Shown one piece after another: positions 1 to 9,349 of a stretch of DNA of 64,000 nt. Below the pieces are notes generated by a model. That model ran no database searches. It had not been told where the DNA came from and saw only the letters and a program-made list of their open reading frames with translations. The stretch covers positions 2,720,001-2,784,000 of the forward strand of contig OZ243961.1 of the NCBI GenBank assembly GCA_965214605.1, in the 5' to 3' direction. The stretch's first letter is position 1, and the number at the start of each line of letters is the position of its first letter. Source of the stretch: an uncultured Candidatus Binatia bacterium. Lineage in GTDB: Bacteria; Desulfobacterota; Binatia; Bin18. The position numbers were made by a program, and so were the translations under genes.

Positions 1-1330
1 CCTCATATTCCTTGTCGTCTTCAGATACCCGTACTCCGCCACCGACCTCCAGCCCGTCGGTCAGCTTGAAGGTCGCCGAGGCAAACACCGCCCAGGCTTC
101 AGTGCGCTGCTTCTGGCGCGCATAGCCGTTGAGGAGGCTGCCGTTGGACGTATCAAAACTGAAGGTATCAATCGTGAGCGACTCGCGGAAATAGAAGACG
201 CCCAGCCGCCAGTCCAAGCGTTGGGCATCTGCAGCTTCCAGGCGGATCTCCTGACTGAACTGGTATAGGGACGGATGGCCGTCTGAGGTCTCAGACGGAA
301 AGGGAACCGGGTTGTGCGGACTGCCGCCGTCCACATCGCCATGGGACAAGCTGTCCAGCCATTCCGCACCGGTCAGCGAGACCAGCCGAAAGCGCTCCAG
401 GCCGTAGCGCAGTTCAGCAGAAAACCCCTGGCCGCTGATCTCCTGTGAGTTGGTGCCGTCCAGAGAGATCTTGTCACGGCGGAAGCCGTGACGAAGCCGG
501 CTTGTGCCTAGCTTGATAGTGTTGGCTCGGAAGAGTCGTGCCGTGCCGTCAAAGTCGCGGACCTGGACCTTGAACCGCCCGGAGAAATCCTCCAGCGGCG
601 TCCACAACAGTTGGAAGCGGCCGGCGATGTCACGGTATCCGCCCAGAGCGCTGTCTTCACCGGTATAGGTGTTGTCCACCCAGTCGGCCCGCCGCTGGAC
701 GATGAGTGAGGCCCGAGCGGCCAGCACGGATGGGATCAACGGGCCGGACACCGCCCCCTCGAAGTTCACGCCGTCAAACCGTCCATAGGACAGCCGCCCG
801 TAGCCCTCAGGCGTCCAAGTCGGCCGGGCGGATTCGATCTTGATCAGCCCGGCTGGGGTGTTGCGACCGAAAAGCGTGCCCTGAGGGCCGCGCAAGACCT
901 CAATGCGATCGATATCGAAAACCGGCGTGCCCTTAAGCAAGGGGTTTTCCAGCACAACGCCGTCATGAATCACCGACACCGGCTGAGAGGCGTTCAGGTC
1001 AAAGTCGGTGTTGCCAAGACCGCGGATGTAGAAGCGCGGAAAGATCCGCCCGAAAGACGACTTGATTTGCAGGCTAGGGACGCGGCTGTTTAGAAAGCGG
1101 ATGTCGTGGCCCGAGGCGCGCAGCCAGTCGAGTTCTTCACCCTGCAACACGGACAGGGCCAGTGGCACGTCAAAGGACCGCTGTTCCTGCTTGCGGGCGG
1201 TCACAACGATTTCGCTCAGCTCGTGGCGCGGTCGGGTTGCCTGTTGCGCTGCCGCTGCCGTGACGAGGCCTAGCAGCACCCCAATGAGTGCAGGCAGTAC
1301 GGATTTTGACAGTGAACAAGATTTCATCAT
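1..1330 (-). CDS. TonB-dependent outer membrane receptor (5' part; runs off the left edge)
   Basis: Manual translation from ATG 1330: signal peptide MMKSCSLSKSVLPALIGVLLGLVTAAAA, TonB box EIVVTARK, plug motifs FYIRGLGN and IDRIEVLRGPQGTLFGRNTPAGLI. Confidence 0.9.
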   Translation of the reverse strand, partial: MMKSCSLSKSVLPALIGVLLGLVTAAAAQQATRPRHELSEIVVTARKQEQRSFDVPLALSVLQGEELDWLRASGHDIRFLNSRVPSLQIKSSFGRIFPRFYIRGLGNTDFDLNASQPVSVIHDGVVLENPLLKGTPVFDIDRIEVLRGPQGTLFGRNTPAGLIKIESARPTWTPEGYGRLSYGRFDGVNFEGAVSGPLIPSVLAARASLIVQRRADWVDNTYTGEDSALGGYRDIAGRFQLLWTPLEDFSGRFKVQVRDFDGTARLFRANTIKLGTSRLRHGFRRDKISLDGTNSQEISGQGFSAELRYGLERFRLVSLTGAEWLDSLSHGDVDGGSPHNPVPFPSETSDGHPSLYQFSQEIRLEAADAQRLDWRLGVFYFRESLTIDTFSFDTSNGSLLNGYARQKQRTEAWAVFASATFKLTDGLEVGGGVRVSEDDKEYE

Positions 1331-1397
1331 TGGTGAGAAAGGTTTCATCGGCCGGCTATGAGCGAATCAGCACCATCCTAATGTATAGAGCGACTTT

Positions 1398-1738
1398 TTA
1401 CAGTGGCGCTCCGCTGTCAGAGTTGGCAGCCCCATTGACTGCGCCGGGGCCGGACACGCTCGCGGTCTCCAGGCGAGACAGCCCCAATGGTCTGGGCGAC
1501 TTGGACAGGCCGGCTGATGCGAGTGCCTGACTAATGTCGAACTCCCAGACCTCTAGACCGATCTCGGTTGTGACGCTCCACACCTCAGCGCTGGAGAGGC
1601 CGTTTTTGGCCGGCTGCGTCCCAACTGCGGCAAGGTTGACCGCGGAGATGATAGACCATGGAAGGCAGTTGCGTACCCGTTTGGCTCCCGGTTCGTTGTG
1701 CATGGACGCAAGAAGCGCTGCAGCATCACGCACGTCAT
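1398..1738 (-). pseudogene. VapC/PIN-domain toxin, frameshifted
   Basis: DAAALLASMHNEPGAKRV..SIISAVNLA..EFDISQA..PLGLS, then GDR and ACPAPAQSMGLPTLTAE in shifted frames; matches the VLDASALLA..GLSLGDRACLALA..LTAD PIN family. Confidence 0.7.
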
Positions 1739-1965
1739 GAGGCACCATCACGCTGTGCCTCATGACGACGTTCTGCACTGAGTTCGTCAATAAGGCCGAC
1801 TTCAGGGGGGAGACGACGAGCGATAAGCTTTTGCACCCGTTCGATGGCCGTGGCCCGGCTGTAAAGACAGACTGTCAGCCGCAAGAGGACCGTGTCGCCA
1901 TCTTTGATTCCGGGCGTTTTGGTGAGGACCGGTGGGACGGCCAAGCCGGCAGGCGGATATGAGGG
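1735..1965 (-). pseudogene. AbrB/MazE-like (VapB) antitoxin remnant
   Basis: GLAVPPVLTKTPGIKDGDTVLLRL..AIERVQKLIARRLPPEVGLIDELSAERRHEA; stop overlaps the toxin start (ATGA); N-terminus degraded. Confidence 0.6.
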
Positions 1966-2843
1966 GGACTGAGACAGGGGCGAAGCGACCGGCATCAAGC
2001 GACCCCTGCACCGTGCTCCTCGGTTCGTTCGACCACTTGCTGTCGCCCCTCCTGCAGAGGCCATGGAGAGGAGGATTGCCCAAGGCTCCCTGATCTTGAC
2101 ACAGCGGGAAGACCCTTCTCATTGCCTGTTCTATCATTCCGACCAGTGATCCTTTCGAAGTCAGGCCTGTCAGGCCGCTATTCGGGTCAGCATCGACGCA
2201 ATCCGACCGCCTGATCGACCAAGCCGTCAAAGCGGTCAAGCAGCCGCCTTTGCTCTTCGAAGGCCGGAAGGATAGACAAGAAGAGGAAGAGAGTCGTGCT
2301 TAGTAGAGAGGCAGCCGCCCGTTATCCGAGAGGGTGACTGCTACGGCTGATCTGCATTTCATGCCAACAGCGGCTCTAGCGCCGTCGGTAGCTATTTTAA
2401 CGCAAACCGGACCGTTTCGACAGGCAGGTTGAGCGAAACGTGGTCCTCTGTCTCGCCACCGATATCTTTGACCAACACGTCTCAGGCTTGTCTCCTGATC
2501 GCAAGGACGGTTGGAGAGTCGTTTTGGCTCGAGCCCACAAAATTCAGCCCCAAGCTCTCGGGAGTGAGGACGGTGGTTGTGCTTCCGCCACCAACGATCC
2601 GATAGGGGTACCCTCCCGGATCGTTTGAAAGACTGGAATGGAAATCCTGTGGACAAACCGGTAGCAACAGAGCCTTAGCAAATTCTCGGGCGATTGCGGT
2701 AACCGACCGTGTCGGTACCGGGAGCCATGCGACAAGAATGAGAGATTCGCGACCTTGGATTTTGCACTTCGATCCCCATTGGGCCAAAGCCCATCGTATG
2801 AGGCACGCTATCGACAAGTCTGGCTGGGGCTTCGAGTTGGTCG

Positions 2844-2872
2844 TTGACGCCGACTGAGTGGCTTTGTAGGTT
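2844..2872 (+). promoter_or_regulatory. sigma70-like promoter for rlmD (possibly leaderless)
   Basis: TTGACG-17-TAGGTT, with the GTG start 6 nt after the -10. Confidence 0.5.
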
Positions 2873-2878
2873 ACATCA

Positions 2879-4282
2879 GTGGCATCACGACGACCCTCTT
2901 CCCCACCTCGGCAGGGGAACCTACGTTCCACCGGTCAGGGTTCTTCCTCTCCCCATACGCCCCGAACAAAACCCGGCTCCGGCAAGCTGGCACGACCTTT
3001 TCGCGGCAAGTTTCAGGCCAAAGCTCGGCGCTTCCAGGATCGCCCGTCCGTCTTGCGCGACAAAGAACGTCAACAAAACCAGACCCCAGCCGCCCGGCGT
3101 CCGCCCTGTCCGCATTATCCAGCCTGCCATGGCTGCCCCTTTGTCGGTGTTCCCTATGATGAACAGTTGAGCAAGAAACAGGCCCAGATCACGGCCGCTT
3201 TTGCCGACTATCTGTCTCTACGACCTGTCACTATTCCCGTCCCGGTTGCGTCCGGTCGCCGCTTTGGCTATCGCGCTCGGGTCAAGCTGGCCGTGCAACG
3301 CGTAAAGGGCAAGCCGGTCATTGGGCTGTATCGTCCGGAGTCGCACCGGGTTATCGACGCCTCGGCCTGTCCGGTCCATCCGCCGCCGATCAACGCCCTT
3401 GTGCGTTGTCTGAAGCAGCTGATTGAGAAACTCAGAATCACGCCGTATGACGAGCGGCACGATACCGGCCAACTCCGCTATCTCGACATTCGCTATAGTT
3501 TTTGGCAGAGACGCCTGCTGCTCACCCTGGTCACCCGTCACATGGATTTTCCGCAGATCCGTGAGCTTACCCGTGAGCTTGGCCGGCGCTTTCCGCACCT
3601 GGTCGGGGTGGTGCAGAATATCAATGATATCCCGGGGACCGAGGGGAACAGCATCTGGGGACACCGCTTTCACCCGCTGCGCGGACGCGACTCGCTCATC
3701 GAACAGGTCGGTCACCTGCGGCTCCATTCCTCGGCCGACACGTTCACCCAAATCAATCCGCCGGTTGCTCGCCAGCTCTACCAGACGGTCCTGGACTGGG
3801 CAGAGCTGAGCGCAGAGCACATCGCTCTTGATCTGTATTGCGGGACCGGACCGATAGCCCTGTATCTGGCCAGTCGGGCCAAACTCGTTGTCGGGGTTGA
3901 CGACAATACCCGGGCGATCCGGGTGGCTAAAGAAAACGCGCGTCACAATGGCTATCACAACACCCGCTTTTTCGCTGGGGATGCGGCGCATAGACTCAGA
4001 GAGACTGCCAGTCGGCTCGCCCGAATTGACTGTATCGTCGTCAATCCGCCCCGCAAGGGTCTGAGTCCCCGCGCGTTTACCGCGCTTGAGGCGGTGGCTG
4101 CGCCGCGTCTGGCCTACGTCTCGTGCGACCCGCTAAGCTTAGCCCGTGACCTTGATGGACTCTGCCGGGCCGGGTATCGGCTGACCAAACTCCAGCCTTT
4201 TGATATGTTTCCCCAAACAGACAAGGTTGAAACGCTTGTCCTCCTCAATCGGGCAGGTCGGGCGGAGGAGACGGACGCATGA
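2879..4282 (+). CDS. rlmD: 23S rRNA m5U methyltransferase (RlmD/TrmA family)
   Basis: CPHYPACHGC Fe-S motif, FTQIN, DLYCGTG, NPPRKG, YVSCDP, FDMFPQTDKVE. Confidence 0.9.
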   Translation: MASRRPSSPPRQGNLRSTGQGSSSPHTPRTKPGSGKLARPFRGKFQAKARRFQDRPSVLRDKERQQNQTPAARRPPCPHYPACHGCPFVGVPYDEQLSKKQAQITAAFADYLSLRPVTIPVPVASGRRFGYRARVKLAVQRVKGKPVIGLYRPESHRVIDASACPVHPPPINALVRCLKQLIEKLRITPYDERHDTGQLRYLDIRYSFWQRRLLLTLVTRHMDFPQIRELTRELGRRFPHLVGVVQNINDIPGTEGNSIWGHRFHPLRGRDSLIEQVGHLRLHSSADTFTQINPPVARQLYQTVLDWAELSAEHIALDLYCGTGPIALYLASRAKLVVGVDDNTRAIRVAKENARHNGYHNTRFFAGDAAHRLRETASRLARIDCIVVNPPRKGLSPRAFTALEAVAAPRLAYVSCDPLSLARDLDGLCRAGYRLTKLQPFDMFPQTDKVETLVLLNRAGRAEETDA

Positions 4283-5043
4283 GACCTGTGTGGTACACTG
4301 CCGCCGGTTGGGAGCGGATTCCTCATCTGATTCACGGCTTTTCCGGTCGAATAGCCGATCAGGCAGCGGCCCTGTCCGCTCTCTCCGAGGTGCAGCTCCC
4401 GCTGCATACGCTCAAACAGGTGCACGGGAACGAGATCCGGGTTGTTGGGAGCTCAGACCCACCCTGGCCAGACAAGACAAGGGGAACACGGATGCTCCCC
4501 TCTTGGAGGAACAACCCCCAGGCAGACGGGATGCTGAGTGCCGAAGCCGGTCAGCTTTTGGGCATTACCACCGCGGACTGCGTGCCTATCCTGATGGTTG
4601 CCCCACACCACCGCATGGTTGCCGCCCTGCACGCCGGCTGGCGGGGAACGGCCAAAGACATCTGTGGGCGCGCTATCCGGTCTCTGGAAACGGACTGGGG
4701 CGTCCCTCCCGCCGACCTGTTGGTCGCCTTGGGCCCGTCTATTGATGGTTGTTGTTACGAAGTTGGCCGCGATATTGGCGAAACCCTAGCCCAACAGCGG
4801 GGAACGCAGGGCTGGCGTGCCTGGCGGTCGAACGGCGACACCGGCTTCCTGGATTTACGCCTGGTCAATCGCCTGCGGTGTGAACAGTTTGGCGTTGCCC
4901 CCGACCGGATTCAACACGTTGGGCCGTGTACGTTTTGTTCAGGAGCGCTGCTGTCCTCGTATCGCAGAGAAGGAACCCATGCCGGCCGTCAGCTGAGCGT
5001 CATTGGCTGGTACGAGACGCTCGGTCGGAGTATTTGTCCGTGA
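4279..5043 (+). CDS. pgeF: PgeF/YfiH family peptidoglycan editing factor / purine nucleoside phosphorylase
   Basis: LKQVHG, TADCVPIL, HAGWRG, LGPSI..CCYEVG, SYRR. Confidence 0.9.
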   Translation: MRPVWYTAAGWERIPHLIHGFSGRIADQAAALSALSEVQLPLHTLKQVHGNEIRVVGSSDPPWPDKTRGTRMLPSWRNNPQADGMLSAEAGQLLGITTADCVPILMVAPHHRMVAALHAGWRGTAKDICGRAIRSLETDWGVPPADLLVALGPSIDGCCYEVGRDIGETLAQQRGTQGWRAWRSNGDTGFLDLRLVNRLRCEQFGVAPDRIQHVGPCTFCSGALLSSYRREGTHAGRQLSVIGWYETLGRSICP

Positions 5044-5045
5044 CG

Positions 5046-6125
5046 ATGAGAGCTATACGTATTGGTGTCATTGGTGCAGGCGGATGGGGAACGGCGCTGG
5101 CAGCCTTGTTGACCAAGGCCGGTCACGCCGTGTGCCTGTGGGTGCGCAAGCCCGAGCTGTGCGCCGAACTGCAAAAGACTGGCCAAAACCCGCGTTATTT
5201 GCCCGGAGTTCAGCTTCCCGCCGGTTTGACCTCCAGCGCTTCTCTGGCCGAGGTGGCCCGAGAAAAAGATATGCTGGTGCTCGCCGTCCCTGCTCAGGTG
5301 CTGCGTGGGGTGGTGTCCGAGTTGATACCGTTTCTGGCCTTAGAAGTGAACGATGAGGAGCAGTTGGGCAAGAAGCGCTCCTCATCGTTTTCCTCTTCGG
5401 TCGCTCCGGTCTTGGTCAATACTAGTAAAGGTGTTGAAGAAGAGACCTTGCTGACGATGAGCGGAGTGCTCAGAGAGGTGTTGGGACCCGGGGTACAGGC
5501 ACGTCTGGCCACCCTCTCCGGTCCTAGCTTTGCGGCCGATGTGGTGCGTGGCTTGCCAGCGGCGGTCACCGTCGCCGCTGCGAACCAAGTCCTGGCTCAA
5601 GAAGTCCAGCAGCTCTTTGCAACGGCCGAGTTCCGGGTCTATACCACAACCGATGTGACCGGGGTGGAGATTGGTGGGGCGGCAAAGAATGTCATTGCCC
5701 TAGCGGCCGGAGTCAGCGACGGACTGGGCTATGGGCAGAGTGCCCGCGCGGCGCTGATTACCAGAGGGCTGGTCGAGATTACGCGTTTAGCCGAATGGAT
5801 GGGTGGGTTGCCCCAGACCTTGTCCGGCCTGTCGGGCCTGGGAGATTTAGTCCTCACCTGTACCAGCACCCTGAGTCGAAATTATCAGGTGGGTGTACGT
5901 CTGGGCAAAGGCGAACCGATCGACAACATTCTGAACAGCATGACGACAGTAGCCGAGGGAGTGCGGACGAGTCGCTCCATCTTTGCCCTGGCCCAGCAGA
6001 GCGGCGTTGAAATGCCGATTATTGAGCAGGTCCACGCCCTTCTCTATCACCACAAATCTGCCCGCGAGGTAGTGACCGTCCTGCTCGGACGTGAGGTGAA
6101 ACCCGAATTTAGTAGCCGAAATTGA
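5046..6125 (+). CDS. gpsA: NAD(P)H-dependent glycerol-3-phosphate dehydrogenase
   Basis: GAGGWGTALA, SGPSFA, KNVIALAAG, GLGDLVLTC, SRNY, VAEGV. Confidence 0.95.
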   Translation: MRAIRIGVIGAGGWGTALAALLTKAGHAVCLWVRKPELCAELQKTGQNPRYLPGVQLPAGLTSSASLAEVAREKDMLVLAVPAQVLRGVVSELIPFLALEVNDEEQLGKKRSSSFSSSVAPVLVNTSKGVEEETLLTMSGVLREVLGPGVQARLATLSGPSFAADVVRGLPAAVTVAAANQVLAQEVQQLFATAEFRVYTTTDVTGVEIGGAAKNVIALAAGVSDGLGYGQSARAALITRGLVEITRLAEWMGGLPQTLSGLSGLGDLVLTCTSTLSRNYQVGVRLGKGEPIDNILNSMTTVAEGVRTSRSIFALAQQSGVEMPIIEQVHALLYHHKSAREVVTVLLGREVKPEFSSRN

Positions 6126-6150
6126 CAACCTTGGCCCGGTATGGTGAGAT
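6122..6150 (+). promoter_or_regulatory. possible sigma70 promoter of rpmH-rnpA
   Basis: Perfect TTGACA overlapping the gpsA stop, 17 nt spacer, weak TGn-TGAGAT -10. Confidence 0.35.
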
Positions 6151-6179
6151 GAGAGTCTTCTTGGATCACACATACACGG

Positions 6180-6722
6180 ATGAAGGTCAATGAAAAGAAC
6201 CTATCAACCCAGCAATATTCGTCGCAAGCGCACTCACGGCTTTCTGAGTCGGATGAGCACGCCGGCTGGTCGCGCCGTCATACGAAGACGCCGCAGCAGG
6301 GGACGCAAACGTCTGAGTGTCCAGATACCCCCCAAACAAGCACGGCTCTAGACACGCGGTCTGCCCCATCGACGTTCCAAAAAGCGGCTCGTATCTTAGT
6401 CCGCCGTGACTTTGTTGTTCTCCAGCGTAAGGGCAGGCGCCGCCATACTCCGCACTTTGTGGTGATGACAAGACCGAGACAGACCGGCTGCTCCCGTCTC
6501 GGGATTACAGCCACCCGCCGTTTTGGCAATGCGGTGATGCGCAACCGCGTAAAGAGACGTGTGCGTGAATTTTTTCGCCGTCACCAAGCCGATTTCGTCC
6601 CCAGTCAAGATATCCTGGTCATCCCCAAGCCCGGTGCTGGACAGCTGTCCTTTCGCCAGATCAGCCAAGAGCTCGGCCGGGCATTGTCTCTTGCTGAAAA
6701 AACCCGCTTCGGCATACAGTAG
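6180..6722 (+). CDS. rnpA: Ribonuclease P protein component with N-terminal extension overlapping rpmH
   Basis: [38 protein letters not shown] (RNR motif); the only ATG/GTG/TTG upstream of the conserved core is at 6180. Confidence 0.85.
   Translation: MKVNEKNLSTQQYSSQAHSRLSESDEHAGWSRRHTKTPQQGTQTSECPDTPQTSTALDTRSAPSTFQKAARILVRRDFVVLQRKGRRRHTPHFVVMTRPRQTGCSRLGITATRRFGNAVMRNRVKRRVREFFRRHQADFVPSQDILVIPKPGAGQLSFRQISQELGRALSLAEKTRFGIQ
6190..6351 (+). CDS. rpmH: 50S ribosomal protein L34 (53 aa, absent from the ORF track)
   Basis: [53 protein letters not shown]. Confidence 0.97.
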   Translation: MKRTYQPSNIRRKRTHGFLSRMSTPAGRAVIRRRRSRGRKRLSVQIPPKQARL

Positions 6723-6801
6723 GACTGACCGACCAATGACTACTGCTCCCGACTTCTCAATGCCGCATTCCTGATTTTCCGGATAAGGTAGCCGCACCAC
6801 T

Positions 6802-8451
6802 ATGATGGATAAAAGGAGCCTGATCGCAATCGTCCTCTCTCTGGTCATTCTGATTGGCTATCAGGAACTGATCAGCTACCTGTATCCGCCCCCACCGCCA
6901 CAAGAGCCCCCTGTTCTGTCCGAGCGGCTCGGCTCGTCCCCCGCCTCCTCCTCCTCGGTCATGCCTGCGCCTGAAGTTGAGCAAAGCCTCGGGGTCGCGC
7001 CTAACACCCCGGTTGCCCATGCCCAGCCTGAAGAACAGGAAATCGTGGTTGAAAACGTCGTGTATCGCGCCGTATTTAGCTCGCGTGGAGCTCGGCTGAA
7101 GAGCCTCACCCTCAAAGACTATCCCGGAGACGCGGGTGAACACAGTCCGCCCCGGGAAATGGTCCGTCCAGGCGTTGGGGACGTTGCTCCCCTTGAGGTG
7201 CGGCTTGAGGGGGACGGTACGAGTCTGGATGATACGGGTGTTGTCTACGCGGTTGAGAGTGACAATATCGAGTTTGACGCCCAAGAGCAGGCGATTCTGA
7301 CCTTTCGCGGCACTCTCGCCGACGGAACGCCGATTGCAAAGGTGTTCACCTTCACGGTAGACACCTACGGCATACAACTCGCCGTTCAGGTCGGGCAAGC
7401 TCCGCCGAACGTCTCCGCCCTCTCCTTGGTATGGATTGAGAGCCTGGATCCGACCCAGACCGATGATTTCTACACGACCTATGGTCCGGTGGCGCTAGTG
7501 GGCCGAAAATTCGTCTATGAAGGCGCGTCTGGATTGGACGAGCCGGAAATTCTTGGACCCGGCCAGGTACGCTGGGCCGGTTTCACCGATTCCTACTTCC
7601 TCGCCGCTATGATGCCCCCGGCCGGGGAGAGTTATCGCTGTGTGTTCAGGTTGGTCAATAACACGGCCCGAACCACCCTGACCATGCCCTGGGCCGGAGA
7701 GAGCGTCTCCTACACCCTGTATGTCGGTCCCAAAGAAACCGAAGCGCTCAGCGCCGTTGACCCGGTCTTTGACCGGGCGATTGATTTCGGTTGGTTCCAT
7801 TTTATCGCCCGTCCGCTTATCTCCTTGTTACGTCTGTCACACAGTCTGACCGGTAACTACGGACTTGATATCATTTTACTAACCGTCCTGGTGAAACTCC
7901 TCTTTTTTCCCCTGAGCAATAAGAGCTTTCAGTCCATGGCGGCAATGAAAAAGCTGCAACCCCAAATGGAGCGGCTCAGGGAGCGCCACAAAGACGACCG
8001 CCAGAAGCTCAACCAGGAAGTGATGGAGCTCTACAAACGTAACAAGGTCAACCCCTTGGGCGGTTGCCTGCCGATGATTGTCCAATTTCCGGTCTTCATC
8101 GGCCTCTATCAGGGCTTGATGTACGCCATTGAGTTACGTCAGGCCCCGTTTTTTGGCTGGATCACCGATCTGTCCAGCCCCGACCGCCTGGGCAGTCTGG
8201 CTATTCCGTTCGTCGATCCCCCTGGGCTGCCCATCTTGACCCTGTTTATGGGCGGATCAATGTTACTCCAACAATGGATGACGCCCATGACGACCGGAGA
8301 TCCGATCCAGCAAAAAATGATGATGTTGATGCCGGTGATCTTCACCGTGATGTTTGTTAATTTTCCTTCTGGCCTGGTGCTCTATTGGCTGGTGAATAAT
8401 GTCCTGAGTATCGCCCAGCAGTATTGGTATAACGCTCAGCACGTCTCATAG
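6802..8451 (+). CDS. yidC: Membrane protein insertase YidC
   Basis: IDFGWF, GNYGLDIILLT, NPLGGCLP, ELRQAPFFGWITDLS, PSGLVLYW. Confidence 0.96.
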   Translation: MMDKRSLIAIVLSLVILIGYQELISYLYPPPPPQEPPVLSERLGSSPASSSSVMPAPEVEQSLGVAPNTPVAHAQPEEQEIVVENVVYRAVFSSRGARLKSLTLKDYPGDAGEHSPPREMVRPGVGDVAPLEVRLEGDGTSLDDTGVVYAVESDNIEFDAQEQAILTFRGTLADGTPIAKVFTFTVDTYGIQLAVQVGQAPPNVSALSLVWIESLDPTQTDDFYTTYGPVALVGRKFVYEGASGLDEPEILGPGQVRWAGFTDSYFLAAMMPPAGESYRCVFRLVNNTARTTLTMPWAGESVSYTLYVGPKETEALSAVDPVFDRAIDFGWFHFIARPLISLLRLSHSLTGNYGLDIILLTVLVKLLFFPLSNKSFQSMAAMKKLQPQMERLRERHKDDRQKLNQEVMELYKRNKVNPLGGCLPMIVQFPVFIGLYQGLMYAIELRQAPFFGWITDLSSPDRLGSLAIPFVDPPGLPILTLFMGGSMLLQQWMTPMTTGDPIQQKMMMLMPVIFTVMFVNFPSGLVLYWLVNNVLSIAQQYWYNAQHVS

Positions 8452-8492
8452 GGACAACAACCCCCCTAACATGGGAAAGGAAGAAGTCTGGA

Positions 8493-9344
8493 ATGAATGC
8501 GGTAGAAGCGGAAGGACGAACGGTTGAAGAAGCCGTTGCTGTTGCCCTCAGGCAGCTCGGTGTGGAACAGGAGCACGCCGAGATTGAGATTGTGTCACAG
8601 TCAACCAAAGGCTTTCTCGGCATTGGCGGCAAAAGGGCACGGGTGCGGGCCAGTCTGCGCACCCCGTCTGAGGTTACCCAAGAGTCGCCACCCGCCTCTC
8701 CCAGGCGACGGCGGGAAACCCGGAAAGAGAGCCGGGAGAACGCTAGACAAGATCCCTACGCTCCGTCAGGCCGCGCGGTGACCGAATACCTCTCTGAGCC
8801 TGGGCAAGAATCAGATCAAACCGCCGCTCCAGCCACCGCGTTGTCGCCCGAGTTCGTCGAGCGAGCGGGCCAGCTGCTCCGAGAGATCTTAGTCCGTATG
8901 GACATACAGACGGAGGTCTCGTCTTCCATCCAGAACAACGAGATAGTGCTCAATTTCGAGGATGTCACCGACGGGCTTCTCATCGGACGCAAGGGGCAGA
9001 CCCTCGACGCCTTGGAGTATTTGCTCAATCGCATCATCGCCAAAAACGACGACACCGAAGCCCACGTGCTGCTTGACACGGCCGGTTACCAAGAACGGCG
9101 ACGCCAGAATTTGGAGAATCTGGCCATGCGCCTTGGTGAACGGGCTAAGCGGCGGCGGCGGACGGTGACCCTGAGTCCGCTCAATCCGCGCGACCGCCGT
9201 ATTATCCATCTGGCCCTGGAAGGCGATCCGTTGGTGGCAACAAAAAGTGTGGGCCGCGGCTACCTGCGGCGGCTCAGCATTGTTCCCGAAGAAGCCACGC
9301 GCCGTGAACGAGGTCGGGGCGCGGCGCGCATGTCAGCCGAGTAA
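8493..9344 (+). CDS. jag: Jag/EloR (KhpB) RNA-binding protein
   Basis: Jag_N (GRTVEEAV..KGFLGIG), KH (LIGRKGQTLDALEYL), R3H (RDRRIIH). Confidence 0.92.
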   Translation: MNAVEAEGRTVEEAVAVALRQLGVEQEHAEIEIVSQSTKGFLGIGGKRARVRASLRTPSEVTQESPPASPRRRRETRKESRENARQDPYAPSGRAVTEYLSEPGQESDQTAAPATALSPEFVERAGQLLREILVRMDIQTEVSSSIQNNEIVLNFEDVTDGLLIGRKGQTLDALEYLLNRIIAKNDDTEAHVLLDTAGYQERRRQNLENLAMRLGERAKRRRRTVTLSPLNPRDRRIIHLALEGDPLVATKSVGRGYLRRLSIVPEEATRRERGRGAARMSAE

Positions 9345-9349
9345 GGTGA

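Noticed and set aside
2300-2870. oriC or a riboswitch in the intergenic region before rlmD
   Set aside because: Only one imperfect DnaA box (TGTGGACAA near 2648), no AT-rich unwinding element and no recognisable riboswitch core.
6723-6801. yidD or a MifM-like arrest peptide before yidC
   Set aside because: Only a 12-codon ORF (MTTAPDFSMPHS) with no TM segment and no YidD motifs.
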